Virus record (IMG/VR): IMGVR_UViG_3300027983_002388
Direction: 5' to 3' (one strand)
DNA length: 64,000 nt
DNA from: a virus
Lineage: Duplodnaviria; Caudoviricetes
This document shows, piece after piece, positions 28,008 through 36,888 of the stretch (position 1 is the stretch's first letter; the number at the start of each line of letters is the position of its first letter). The notes below the pieces were generated by a model. The model was not told where the DNA came from. It saw nothing but the letters and a program-made list of their open reading frames with translations, and did not search any database. Position numbers and translations under genes: made by a program.

Positions 28008-28724
28008 TTATTCCTCCAAGCTCGTGTCTCTTGGCCGGACATATCTGGTGTCATCGGAAAGCAATATTGGCTTAATGGTACGACCACCAGAAGTCGCTAC
28101 GGCAAATTCGTAAATGCTTCGCTTTGGACCGCATACATGCTTTGTTCCAATTGCGTTAAGTTCGATGAGAGCCGTGATTTTTGTCGCAGCTTCACTGGCC
28201 GTTAGTCTGGTAGAGAACTGGTCTTGGTAGGCTTGTTCATGTGGAAATATGTCTGGGAAGAACGACAAGCGGATTATCAGGTGGTCTTTTACACTCTTTG
28301 CAACGTATTCCCCAGCCAATTTGGTTTCGGCATAGTAGTTCATTGGACCCACTTCGTCGCCAACTTTGTAGTTTCCTCGATCTCCTCGAAACACATAATC
28401 CGTGCTGATATAGACCATTTTTGCACCAATGTCATGGCAGAAAGTAGACACATTTGCGGTGCCTACGACATTTGTGAGCATTCCTTCGATTGGCCCGCTG
28501 GTACAGGGTTCCATTTTGAGAGCGGCACAGTGGATGACTGTCGATATGGGGTTTGGGTTTATTTGCTTTATGTATAGAGAGTCTTTTAGTGGTTGACGAA
28601 TATCCATTTCGTGATGTCTTGGCCGGTGTGCATTCGGAAAAAGCCGATGCAGGGCTTCTCCCAATAATCCATGACCGCCAGTGATTAAAACAGCAGAGGT
28701 TGATAATGATTTCGTATTGTCCAT
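28008..28724 (-). CDS. rmlD: dTDP-4-dehydrorhamnose reductase-like (extended SDR)
   Basis: ITGGHGLLG, VIHCAA, YISTDYVFRG, YAETKLAGE; SD AGGAG before 28724. Confidence 0.85.
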   Translation of the reverse strand: MDNTKSLSTSAVLITGGHGLLGEALHRLFPNAHRPRHHEMDIRQPLKDSLYIKQINPNPISTVIHCAALKMEPCTSGPIEGMLTNVVGTANVSTFCHDIGAKMVYISTDYVFRGDRGNYKVGDEVGPMNYYAETKLAGEYVAKSVKDHLIIRLSFFPDIFPHEQAYQDQFSTRLTASEAATKITALIELNAIGTKHVCGPKRSIYEFAVATSGGRTIKPILLSDDTRYVRPRDTSLEE

Positions 28725-28764
28725 TCGTCTACTCCTGGTACTCTTCTGATAGAGTGATGCTATT

Positions 28765-28935
28765 TTATTTATTGTCAATGCCATATCGACTCTCGTGGAC
28801 CCGGCAGGCTGTTGAAAGATCGTAAACTACGCCATATTCATCGCTACGTCTTTTGATGAGAATCTTGTTGCGTCGTTCTTGGTGGTCTTTCAACGAAACA
28901 GGCTTCTTTACCTTCTTTTTCACCAACTTGAGCAT
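28765..28935 (-). pseudogene. 56-aa internally deleted mini-paralog of the GT9 gene at 26939-27952
   Basis: 28843-28937 matches 27860-27954 (2 mismatches); 28796-28842 is identical to 27654-27700; in-frame 159-nt deletion between the blocks. Confidence 0.9.
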
Positions 28936-28982
28936 ATTTTTCCTCGTGTTCTAAAATTTCTTCCTCAGTATTATAGATACTG

Positions 28983-29150
28983 TGTCCTTGACTGACTCCC
29001 TAACTTCAGTCCGTGACGCTAACGTAGTTCCGACTGTCTGCATGGAAGTTTGATCTATGGTTGCGAGTGGGAATAGCCAATGCAGGATCAGGATGCTTTA
29101 AGGCACTGATTAGGCGAAAACCAATAGAGGCAAAACCTCGACCAAGGATA
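28983..29150 (+). ncRNA. Candidate ~170-nt structured RNA or leader
   Basis: 5' tgtccttg pairs with 3' caaggata; internal hairpins actga/tcagt and gagg-caaaa-cctc; terminator follows. Confidence 0.45.
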
Positions 29151-29189
29151 AGGGAACCATTACTCGTATAGTATTGGTTCCCTTTTTTT
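29151..29189 (+). terminator. Intrinsic terminator
   Basis: agggaacca...tggttccct followed by T-run. Confidence 0.8.
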
Positions 29190-29211
29190 ATGCGATTACA
29201 GAGGATAAATT

Positions 29212-30375
29212 ATGGATCATCAAAAATTGATTTTGTTGCTAGAGCAAGCCATTGAAATTATAAAAGAGGCAGCAGTAGCAATTGAACCGGCAGTAGCAAT
29301 TGAACCGGCAGTAGCAATTGAACCGGCAGTAGCAATTGAACCGGCAGTAGCAATTGAACCGGCAGTAGCAATTGAACCGGCAGTAGCAATTGAACCGGCA
29401 GTAGCAATTGAACCGGCAGTAGCAATTGAACCGGCAGTAGCAATTGAACCGGCAGTAGCAATTGAACCGGCAGTAGCAATTGAACCGGCAGTAGCAATTG
29501 AAACGGCAGTAGCAATTGAACCGGCAGTAGCAATTGAACCGGCAGTAGCAATTGAACTGGCAGTAGCAATTGAACTGGCAGTAGCAATTGAACCGGCAGT
29601 AGCAATTGAACTGGCACTAGCAATTGAACTATTAAAAAGTGAAGAGTGGCCTGAAGCTGTTCCAGATTTTTTGATTTGTGAAGACACAGAATTAGATAAA
29701 ATGGAAAGAGGCGAAGGAATTCTGAGTTACATCAGTGAAAATTTGGAGAATAAAACATTTTTAGATTTCGGATGTGGCGAAGGGCATGTTTCGCACCTAG
29801 CATCCAGCATGACATCTAAAAGTGTAGGATACGATTTATCTCAGTTGGGTTCATTGGGTTGGGAAAAGGAAACGGAATCAAAATTTTTATTGACTACAGA
29901 TTTCAATAAAGTTCTAAACTATGCGCCCTATGATTTAATTCTTTTATATGACGTTTTAGATCATTGTCAAGATGTTTTAATTTTGCTTAACCAACTCAAA
30001 TCTATATGTGGACCAAAAACTAAGGTTTACGTGCGATGCCATAGCTGGATGAGTCGTCACGGCACTCACTTGTACAGAAAATTAAATAAGGCTTGGGTAC
30101 ATTTGTTCTTCACAGATGAAGAACTTAGTGCAATGGGATTGAAACCAGAATATACTAGGAAGTATTTTTTTCCAATAAATACTCAAAAAAAATGGTTTTC
30201 TGATTCTGGGTTTGAAATAATTCATTCAAGCATAGTTAAAACTGAAGTCGAGTCGTTTTTTTCCAAACCGGAGTTAATTTCAAGACTTCCAATTGAGTTC
30301 AAAGATTGTACATACTTACCACCAGAATTTCAAATGAGTCAAGTTTTTAATGATTATGTATTAAAGGTAATTTAA
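29212..30375 (+). CDS. Class I SAM-dependent methyltransferase with N-terminal (AVAIEP)n repeat
   Basis: FLDFGCGEG, VGYDL, YDLILLYDVLDH. Confidence 0.85.
   Translation: MDHQKLILLLEQAIEIIKEAAVAIEPAVAIEPAVAIEPAVAIEPAVAIEPAVAIEPAVAIEPAVAIEPAVAIEPAVAIEPAVAIEPAVAIEPAVAIETAVAIEPAVAIEPAVAIELAVAIELAVAIEPAVAIELALAIELLKSEEWPEAVPDFLICEDTELDKMERGEGILSYISENLENKTFLDFGCGEGHVSHLASSMTSKSVGYDLSQLGSLGWEKETESKFLLTTDFNKVLNYAPYDLILLYDVLDHCQDVLILLNQLKSICGPKTKVYVRCHSWMSRHGTHLYRKLNKAWVHLFFTDEELSAMGLKPEYTRKYFFPINTQKKWFSDSGFEIIHSSIVKTEVESFFSKPELISRLPIEFKDCTYLPPEFQMSQVFNDYVLKVI
29272..29631 (+). repeat. Coding VNTR: 20 x 18 nt (GCAGTAGCAATTGAACCG)
   Basis: Units 1-12 perfect; variants in units 13, 16, 17, 19, 20. Confidence 0.97.
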
Positions 30376-31274
30376 TGAAATTGATATATGGTATGACGTG
30401 GGATCATCATTATAGTGGCTGGGCAGGTTGCTTGAATTCTCTTCAACAACATTTTGAATGCCTTCCAAATATAGATTTGGTTGGATGTTTAGACCATGCA
30501 ATGGCTCACAATAATTATTTTATTAGTCCGTGGGTTGGTTTTTTACACAATGTTCCAAAGCACCCTCTGCACATGAAAGATATTTATGGAATTTTCGATT
30601 TAGATTTAGAAAGAATGGTTGAGTCTGATTCTTGGAAAGAAAGCATAATTCATTGTAAAAAAATATTCGTATTGTCTCAGTATTCTAAGAATTTTTTAAT
30701 TGATAAAACAAATGTTCCAATTTGCGTTTTGAAACATCCTACTTTTTTCCCCGATGTGAAATTTGATATTGATGGATTTACAAATAGTGACGAAAAGTGT
30801 TTGATTTTAGTAGGGCAATGGCTGAGGGATTTTCAGGCAATTTTCGATATAGAAACTCCATACAAGAAAAAAATTCTTGTTGCAGAGTCATTTCTAAATG
30901 AAGCTATTCATAGAGTTTTCAGAGTTAATGACGATGTCGAGTTTGTAAATTGGTTGCCGAAGGAAGAGTACGATAGACTACTTTCTTCTAATTTGGTTTT
31001 TTGTCCTTTGTTTGACTGTAGTGCTTGCAATACACTCGTCGAGTGTATTGCAAGGAATACTCCAATTGTGTTGCCAAGATTGCCAGCAGCAGAAGAATAT
31101 CTAGGTTCAGACTATCCCTTGTTTTATGATTCTCTTCAAGATGCTTCTGCGTTGATAGAAAATCATGAAAACGTAGTAAAGGCACATTTGTATTTGGTCG
31201 CTATGAATAAACAGGATTTAACATTTGATTATTTTTCTAATTCTTTTTTGAAAAAATTCGTACGCTTCATTTAG
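30375..31274 (+). CDS. GT-B glycosyltransferase-like protein
   Basis: WVGFLHN, LVGQWLR, SACNTLVECIARNTP, EEYLGSDYPLFY. Confidence 0.65.
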   Translation: MKLIYGMTWDHHYSGWAGCLNSLQQHFECLPNIDLVGCLDHAMAHNNYFISPWVGFLHNVPKHPLHMKDIYGIFDLDLERMVESDSWKESIIHCKKIFVLSQYSKNFLIDKTNVPICVLKHPTFFPDVKFDIDGFTNSDEKCLILVGQWLRDFQAIFDIETPYKKKILVAESFLNEAIHRVFRVNDDVEFVNWLPKEEYDRLLSSNLVFCPLFDCSACNTLVECIARNTPIVLPRLPAAEEYLGSDYPLFYDSLQDASALIENHENVVKAHLYLVAMNKQDLTFDYFSNSFLKKFVRFI

Positions 31275-31280
31275 GTTTTT

Positions 31281-32003
31281 ATGTTGCACAATTTCAATCC
31301 TTACAAACTAAATCCTAGTTGGATTCTATGCACTCCAAGAACGGGATCGACTTATCTTTGTAGTCTGCTCAATAACTTAAATGTTTTTCCTTCTTATGAA
31401 ATTCTTCATCCTTCTATGCGAGAAATTCAAATTGAGCATATGGGCATCATGAGTAAAAATCATACATTTGGAGAATGGTTGCGGTTTTATACTTCTGAAC
31501 AAATAGTGGAATCTCCACCACGTTTTACCAAAGCTCTTTTTTATCAATTTTCAAACATTGCTCCCAAGCACTTTAGCTTTCAGACTGTATTGCCTAATAT
31601 TAGGCTTATCGTACTTAAACGATCGAATTTGTTAGATCATACTTCATCTTTGTATTTGGCAAAAAAACTTCAAAGATGGCATTTGCGAAATGAAGAAGAT
31701 TTACGAAATTACGTGAATACAAAAGTTGAAGTTGATGAATCAGAACTTATAAAAACTTATGAAGAAACTATTTCACATTTTAATGTTTGGGATAGTCATC
31801 TAAAAAATGTTACTTATTTAGAAGTGTACTATGAAGACCTATTATCTGATCCGTTCGGTTTCATGAAAAAAATATTGATATTTTTAGAAGTATATGCTTC
31901 TACTAAATTGATTGAAGAAAGTATATTAAATACAAATTTGGAGTTGGTTCCAACCAATCATCCCGCCAAGTACAAAATTATTTCATTTCTTGAAAATCTA
32001 TGA
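31281..32003 (+). CDS. Sulfotransferase (Stf0-like)
   Basis: PAPS loop TPRTGSTYL, LKRSNLL, VYYEDL. Confidence 0.8.
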   Translation: MLHNFNPYKLNPSWILCTPRTGSTYLCSLLNNLNVFPSYEILHPSMREIQIEHMGIMSKNHTFGEWLRFYTSEQIVESPPRFTKALFYQFSNIAPKHFSFQTVLPNIRLIVLKRSNLLDHTSSLYLAKKLQRWHLRNEEDLRNYVNTKVEVDESELIKTYEETISHFNVWDSHLKNVTYLEVYYEDLLSDPFGFMKKILIFLEVYASTKLIEESILNTNLELVPTNHPAKYKIISFLENL

Positions 32004-32728
32004 TTAGAAATAAAAAATTCAACACAAGTCCAATGATAGTACACGCCCCAGGCGATATTGACTTCAATTTTCATTGGCACAAAATCAAAGACGCACTCCC
32101 CAAAAAATCATCAGTTGAATGCAACTGCGTACCTCGACTTGAAATTATAACTTGGAATTCCAGTGAAAATTCAACCGTTAAAAAAAATGGATGCTTTGAA
32201 GCATCGCTTCAAATATTTGGGCATTCATGTAATTCTTTAGAATCTCAAACTTGGTCGTCGAATAGAGAAAAAATCAGATTAAGTGTTGATTTCTTAAATC
32301 ACTCAACTGCTGATTTCATATTGGGAGTTGATTCTTCAGATGCGATTGTCGTTGCTCCATTGAATTCTATTGTTTCGCAGTTTTTAGAAATAGATTGTGA
32401 TTTACTTTTCAATGCTGAAATTAGATTCTCTCCGCCTCGTGGGCTAAATGAAATAAAATCATACGAAAATTCTTTGCCTACTGCTCCGTACTTTTTGAAT
32501 GCTGGAGCATGGATTGGTAAGAAAAATTTTTGTTTACATTTTTTTCAAAAGGCTTTAGATATATCTGAGTCGTATTTTGAATTTTTACATTCAGAGCAAG
32601 TTTGCATCAAGAAAGCGTATAAAAATATGTATCCTAAAGTAAAAATTGATGATAAGTGTCTAATTTTTCAAAACTTAAATTTACAAGAGCCTACCGACAT
32701 AATTATATGCGAAGCAGAGTGGTTTTAA
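32000..32728 (+). CDS. PLOD/lysyl-hydroxylase-type glycosyltransferase domain, apparently circularly permuted
   Basis: GVDSSDAIV, LLFNAE, FLNAGAWIG, SEQ, IDDKCLIFQNL; N...T.P.IVH motif at the N-terminus. Confidence 0.65.
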   Translation: MIRNKKFNTSPMIVHAPGDIDFNFHWHKIKDALPKKSSVECNCVPRLEIITWNSSENSTVKKNGCFEASLQIFGHSCNSLESQTWSSNREKIRLSVDFLNHSTADFILGVDSSDAIVVAPLNSIVSQFLEIDCDLLFNAEIRFSPPRGLNEIKSYENSLPTAPYFLNAGAWIGKKNFCLHFFQKALDISESYFEFLHSEQVCIKKAYKNMYPKVKIDDKCLIFQNLNLQEPTDIIICEAEWF

Positions 32729-33638
32729 TCATGTAATCAACTCGATTTTTTGCCATATGATGCGACTTCATTATTTCCAAACATGCGGTTGCAATCAAAT
32801 TTCTTTCTGCGTCATTATTTAAGAAGGTTATTGCTTTTTCTATAGCCAAACTAATTGATTTTGGCTTGCTTGAATCAAAGCAAAAAAAATGAACACCATC
32901 TTTAGGCTCATTTTTTGTTTTGATAAAAGTAACATCTCTGAAAACCAAAGCGCCAGATGCAAATGCCTCCCAAGTCCTTGAGTCTCCATCATGATTTTGA
33001 GGAAATGCTGTAAAAATGATTTTTGAATCACCTAATATTTGTAAGTAATTTTTGTAGTTTTCGTTATTGTATTTGTTTATTGAGTTTCTACCTTCAGACC
33101 CATATGATGTAGTTTTTCCAATAATTGAATTTTCAAAATTTGAATTTGTTAATTTTTGAACCAGAATTGACCTTCGTCCACCTGCATCTTTTTCAAACAA
33201 ACAAGCTACATCTATACTTCTTTCAGAATTATTATCATTTAAGTATTCTTCGAGAACGCAATAATCTAAATGGAAAACTTTGCTAGAATACTTCATTATT
33301 GATCTGTTTTCTGTCACTAATGATCGTTTGAAATAAGCAATGGACTTAGTCAAGCATTCGTCATCAAGAGTGGCGAGATCGCCATAGTCATACCATATGA
33401 TCTTTTTCCACAAATTCGATTGATTCAAAAAATCTTTGTAAATAGGATTGCCACAAAATATCAAATCATACTGATGTATGTTTCTTAGTAAATCTAAACA
33501 TCTTGGTTTAACTATTATTCCGTTTATTCTGTAGCTTTTATCTACATCAAAGTTATGTTCAAGTTGAACTAATCCTTGATTTATTATCAGAGATGATCTT
33601 GGACCTAAGTGGGACAGGTGCGCAAATTTAATGTTCAT
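32703..33638 (-). CDS. CgeB-like glycosyltransferase (GT-B)
   Basis: YLQILGDSKI, DSRTWEAFASGALVF, ERNLIA...HHMAKNR. Confidence 0.7.
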   Translation of the reverse strand: MNIKFAHLSHLGPRSSLIINQGLVQLEHNFDVDKSYRINGIIVKPRCLDLLRNIHQYDLIFCGNPIYKDFLNQSNLWKKIIWYDYGDLATLDDECLTKSIAYFKRSLVTENRSIMKYSSKVFHLDYCVLEEYLNDNNSERSIDVACLFEKDAGGRRSILVQKLTNSNFENSIIGKTTSYGSEGRNSINKYNNENYKNYLQILGDSKIIFTAFPQNHDGDSRTWEAFASGALVFRDVTFIKTKNEPKDGVHFFCFDSSKPKSISLAIEKAITFLNNDAERNLIATACLEIMKSHHMAKNRVDYMIKTTLLRI

Positions 33639-34404
33639 ATTTTATTTTACTTTCAATCAACAGTGACTTCAAATTATAGACGGTTAAAGTTGGATACATG
33701 CTTTGATAAAAAGTTTTCAAATCTTTTGCAAAACAGTCATTCAAATTGTTTATAAAAACACAACCTTCAACTTTGGTAGTTCCAGCCAAATGCGATAATC
33801 CGCTGTCTATTCCAATAAACTTACGACACTCTGAGAGCAACTCTGCTATCTCTGCTATTGAGCGAAGTTTGAAGTCGTAATCCAAATATGAAATAGTATC
33901 CTTACCGCCCAATCCAAAAACGATACATCCGGGCGTGTTGCGACTAGAAAACTTATCCAAAAGAAATTCCATTATCGCCACGTTGATAATTATTTTGTTT
34001 CCTTTGGTTCTGTTGTCGAATTGAAAGTATTCTACATTGCCTATTGTTGGCGTACATCCTATATCACGACGATATGATTTCAATTTAGGGAGCTTAACTG
34101 TCCCAAAAAAAGATATTTTTCGATTGATTTTAAAATGTTTACCATTCAAAAAAGGAACAGTAGTTAGGGATGGATATAAATCACAAATGCTACAATTGTT
34201 TTGAACTGGTGGTGTCACCGTGCCATCATACAATAATCCTGTGTATTCAAAACAATCAAAGAGTTCTTTGATGTATTTCGGGCCACGAACAGTAAATGCA
34301 CATTTGTTCAAAATTGCTACATTGTACAGACAGTTAAGAATTGCAATTGAGTCGCCCAAATGTCTGTTTGTGTTGATGGATACTTCAAATGTTACTTTAA
34401 GCAT
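33628..34404 (-). CDS. GT9-like glycosyltransferase
   Basis: HLGDSI, FIGIDSGLSHLAG. Confidence 0.65.
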   Translation of the reverse strand: MLKVTFEVSINTNRHLGDSIAILNCLYNVAILNKCAFTVRGPKYIKELFDCFEYTGLLYDGTVTPPVQNNCSICDLYPSLTTVPFLNGKHFKINRKISFFGTVKLPKLKSYRRDIGCTPTIGNVEYFQFDNRTKGNKIIINVAIMEFLLDKFSSRNTPGCIVFGLGGKDTISYLDYDFKLRSIAEIAELLSECRKFIGIDSGLSHLAGTTKVEGCVFINNLNDCFAKDLKTFYQSMYPTLTVYNLKSLLIESKIKYEH

Positions 34405-35066
34405 AGTTTTCTTAAAAGAACCAATGATGGTGGAATTGAATTTTCATTTCCGTAAAAATACTTTGGTTCAAGAACGCTGGGTGAAAATTCTTTTTCCCGA
34501 TCTTCGCTGTTAAATGAAACATATGAAAAGTCTACTTTCATATGTTTTATAAAATAAGCGTCGAATTTTTCTTTTCCTTTACCTGAAACGTCATGTTGAA
34601 AAATTCCTTTTAGTTCATCGATGTTAATTAACTCGTCCATCAATTGAATCCATCCGGTGTTGCCGTATAAATATCCTCCTGGCTTTGGACCATCAATAAC
34701 TGCTAAAATTGAATCGGACTTAAAATCAATCTGTTTAATTACATTTTCGCCCCTGCCATCAACAATGGTTGAATTCGTAAAATGAAACGGGAACAATTGA
34801 CATTCTTCATAATCGAACCGAGCAGAAATTATTCTTCCATAAGGCTTCATGCAAGATGCTAAAATTGCTGTTGACCTGCCAGTTGCGACTCCTGATTCGA
34901 AAAGAATTTTCGGCTTAATTTTCTTGATTTCACAATAGATAAAAAAAAGCTCTACATTTGTGATGGAGCTTTTGGTACTCTTTAGTTTAAACCAATCATA
35001 AGTACCATACAAATCAGACAAAATTTCATCGAATTCTAAATAAGATTCTAATGTATTTAATTTCAT
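34392..35066 (-). CDS. Putative class I methyltransferase-like protein
   Basis: ILFESGVATGRST, AVIDGPK. Confidence 0.45.
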   Translation of the reverse strand: MKLNTLESYLEFDEILSDLYGTYDWFKLKSTKSSITNVELFFIYCEIKKIKPKILFESGVATGRSTAILASCMKPYGRIISARFDYEECQLFPFHFTNSTIVDGRGENVIKQIDFKSDSILAVIDGPKPGGYLYGNTGWIQLMDELINIDELKGIFQHDVSGKGKEKFDAYFIKHMKVDFSYVSFNSEDREKEFSPSVLEPKYFYGNENSIPPSLVLLRKLCLK

Positions 35067-35072
35067 TTAATC

Positions 35073-35771
35073 CTAAGTATTCACAAGGTCCATTAGTATT
35101 TTTGTATTGCAACCAATCGAATCTACATAAGCTGCAAAAGTTTCTATCGTTTCTTGATCCTGTGCATCAATGTCATTGAGGTCTATATTCATTTCCGTCA
35201 ACCATAATTCACGCATTTGATAGAAATCTATGTTGCTCGCATTGCAGATGTTTTTCATTTGTTTTGTGAGCGTCTGCATAACAGTGTTGAATGTGTTTTT
35301 TGTATGCCTGAATAATTCGCACGTCTTGGAGTCGGTCTGTAAATACCGATGATTTGAGCCACCAACACTTGCAAAAAGTTCTACGGCTTCTTTTGTGTCG
35401 CTTGGGATGCCTCCAAAAACAAACATTTTATTTTCACAGCATAAATGCACAATTCTTTGCCCTGTTTGCTGTTTGATCCGATCAACTGTTCCAGGTTCTA
35501 CATTAGATGCAACGATGAACAATCCTGCGTTGTTGCGTTGAATCGCATCTTCGATTAAAGTTGTATCGCAACGCAAATCTTTTATGTTTCGCTTTCGGGT
35601 AAGACTTAGGCTTTTCGTTAGCGGTGATTCACAGATGATGGCGTAATTAAACCATGTGGATTCTTTGTCGTCCACTTCCCAAACACTAAACGTCGATACG
35701 TCATGATTCTTGAAGAAGTGCCACATGCCCTCTCCGCTTAGATTGTCTCCAGCAATTAGAATTTTAGCCAT
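35073..35771 (-). CDS. Degenerate UDP-glucose/GDP-mannose dehydrogenase-like protein
   Basis: IVASNVEPGTVD, CELFRHTKNTF...ICNASNIDFY; lacks GxGxxG and the catalytic GGxC. Confidence 0.5.
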   Translation of the reverse strand: MAKILIAGDNLSGEGMWHFFKNHDVSTFSVWEVDDKESTWFNYAIICESPLTKSLSLTRKRNIKDLRCDTTLIEDAIQRNNAGLFIVASNVEPGTVDRIKQQTGQRIVHLCCENKMFVFGGIPSDTKEAVELFASVGGSNHRYLQTDSKTCELFRHTKNTFNTVMQTLTKQMKNICNASNIDFYQMRELWLTEMNIDLNDIDAQDQETIETFAAYVDSIGCNTKILMDLVNT

Positions 35772-36888
35772 TGATGATTTTCTCCGCTTTGCTCATTGCT
35801 GAGGCAACTGTTTGGTCGATGTCAAGATATTTGTATTCTCCTAATCTGCCGCCAAAAGTTATGTCTATCATATCTTTCTTCAAGTCAAAATATTTAGCAT
35901 ACAGTCGAGAATTAGTCTCATCCCTTATGGGATAATATGGCTCCGGGTGATCTTTGAAAGAAACTGGTAAATCATATGAAACTACAGTTTGTTCGTTTGG
36001 GTCAATCAAAGGCTCATGCTTTGGCCCACGTTTGTAAAAGTGCTTGTGTTCTATCGTTCGTATGTGCGGCACGGACGAGTCAACGTGATTGAAGACTGCG
36101 TTACCCTGAAAGTCGCCCTGATGTAACTTGTGTTCAAATCGCAGAGTGTTGTATTCAAGTTCTCCAAATTCGTAATTGAAGAACTTGTCTATAGGGCCGG
36201 TGTAAACAAGATGGTCGGCGTAATCCCGCCAACGATCCTTCATGCTGAAAAAGTCAACTCCTAAGCGAACGTCAATCCCGGACAGCATGTTCTCGATCAG
36301 CTTGGCGTATCCTTCTTTGGGTATTCCCTGGTATTTCGTGGAGAAGTAATTTTCCTCGTATGTGAAGCGAATAGGAAGTCTTTGAATTATTGAACTAGGA
36401 AGTTCCCGTGGTTCTTTCATCCATTGCTTTTTTGTATATCCATAGATAAAAAGCTCGTAGAGTTCAGTTCCAATTTTGTCCAAAGCCCACTCTTCAAAGT
36501 TTCTGGGTCTGTCGCAGACGACTCTAACTGAATTCAGTTTGCGACGGGCTTGTTCGGGCGTAACCACTCCCCAGAGTTGGTGCATGGTCATCATGTTGAT
36601 CGGAAAAGAATAAACCTTATCGCCAGATAGCACCTTCGGTTTGTTCACGAAGTTTTCTATTTCAGAGAACTGACTGAGGAATGACCAAACTGCATCGCTT
36701 TGGGTGTGAAGAATGTGCGCACCATATTCGGAAACGATGATTCCATTGTCCCATTTTTTGTCGAATGCGGCTCCTGCGATATGCGGCAGTCGGTCAATGA
36801 CAAGGCATGTCTTCCCCAGGTCAGTAGCTCTACGAGCAAATGTAGACCCAAAGAATCCAGCCCCGACAATTAAGAAGTCGTGTTTCAT
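35764..36888 (-). CDS. glf: UDP-galactopyranose mutase
   Basis: IVGAGFFG, YGAHILHT, YQGIPKEGY, EPYYP, GGRLGEYKYLD. Confidence 0.95.
   Translation of the reverse strand: MKHDFLIVGAGFFGSTFARRATDLGKTCLVIDRLPHIAGAAFDKKWDNGIIVSEYGAHILHTQSDAVWSFLSQFSEIENFVNKPKVLSGDKVYSFPINMMTMHQLWGVVTPEQARRKLNSVRVVCDRPRNFEEWALDKIGTELYELFIYGYTKKQWMKEPRELPSSIIQRLPIRFTYEENYFSTKYQGIPKEGYAKLIENMLSGIDVRLGVDFFSMKDRWRDYADHLVYTGPIDKFFNYEFGELEYNTLRFEHKLHQGDFQGNAVFNHVDSSVPHIRTIEHKHFYKRGPKHEPLIDPNEQTVVSYDLPVSFKDHPEPYYPIRDETNSRLYAKYFDLKKDMIDITFGGRLGEYKYLDIDQTVASAMSKAEKIING

Noticed and set aside
29100-29140. Hammerhead ribozyme or c-di-GMP-I riboswitch
   Set aside because: CTGATTAG and GGCAAAACC resemble cores only partly; required stems and GAAAC/GCAAA elements are not correctly placed
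29272-29631. CRISPR array
   Set aside because: Head-to-tail repeats without spacers, in frame within a CDS; no cas genes in the window
29220-29687. Antisense ORFs (SIATAG)n and (LLPVQL)n
   Set aside because: The 18-nt unit has no stop in these frames; only the + frame has an SD and joins a catalytic domain
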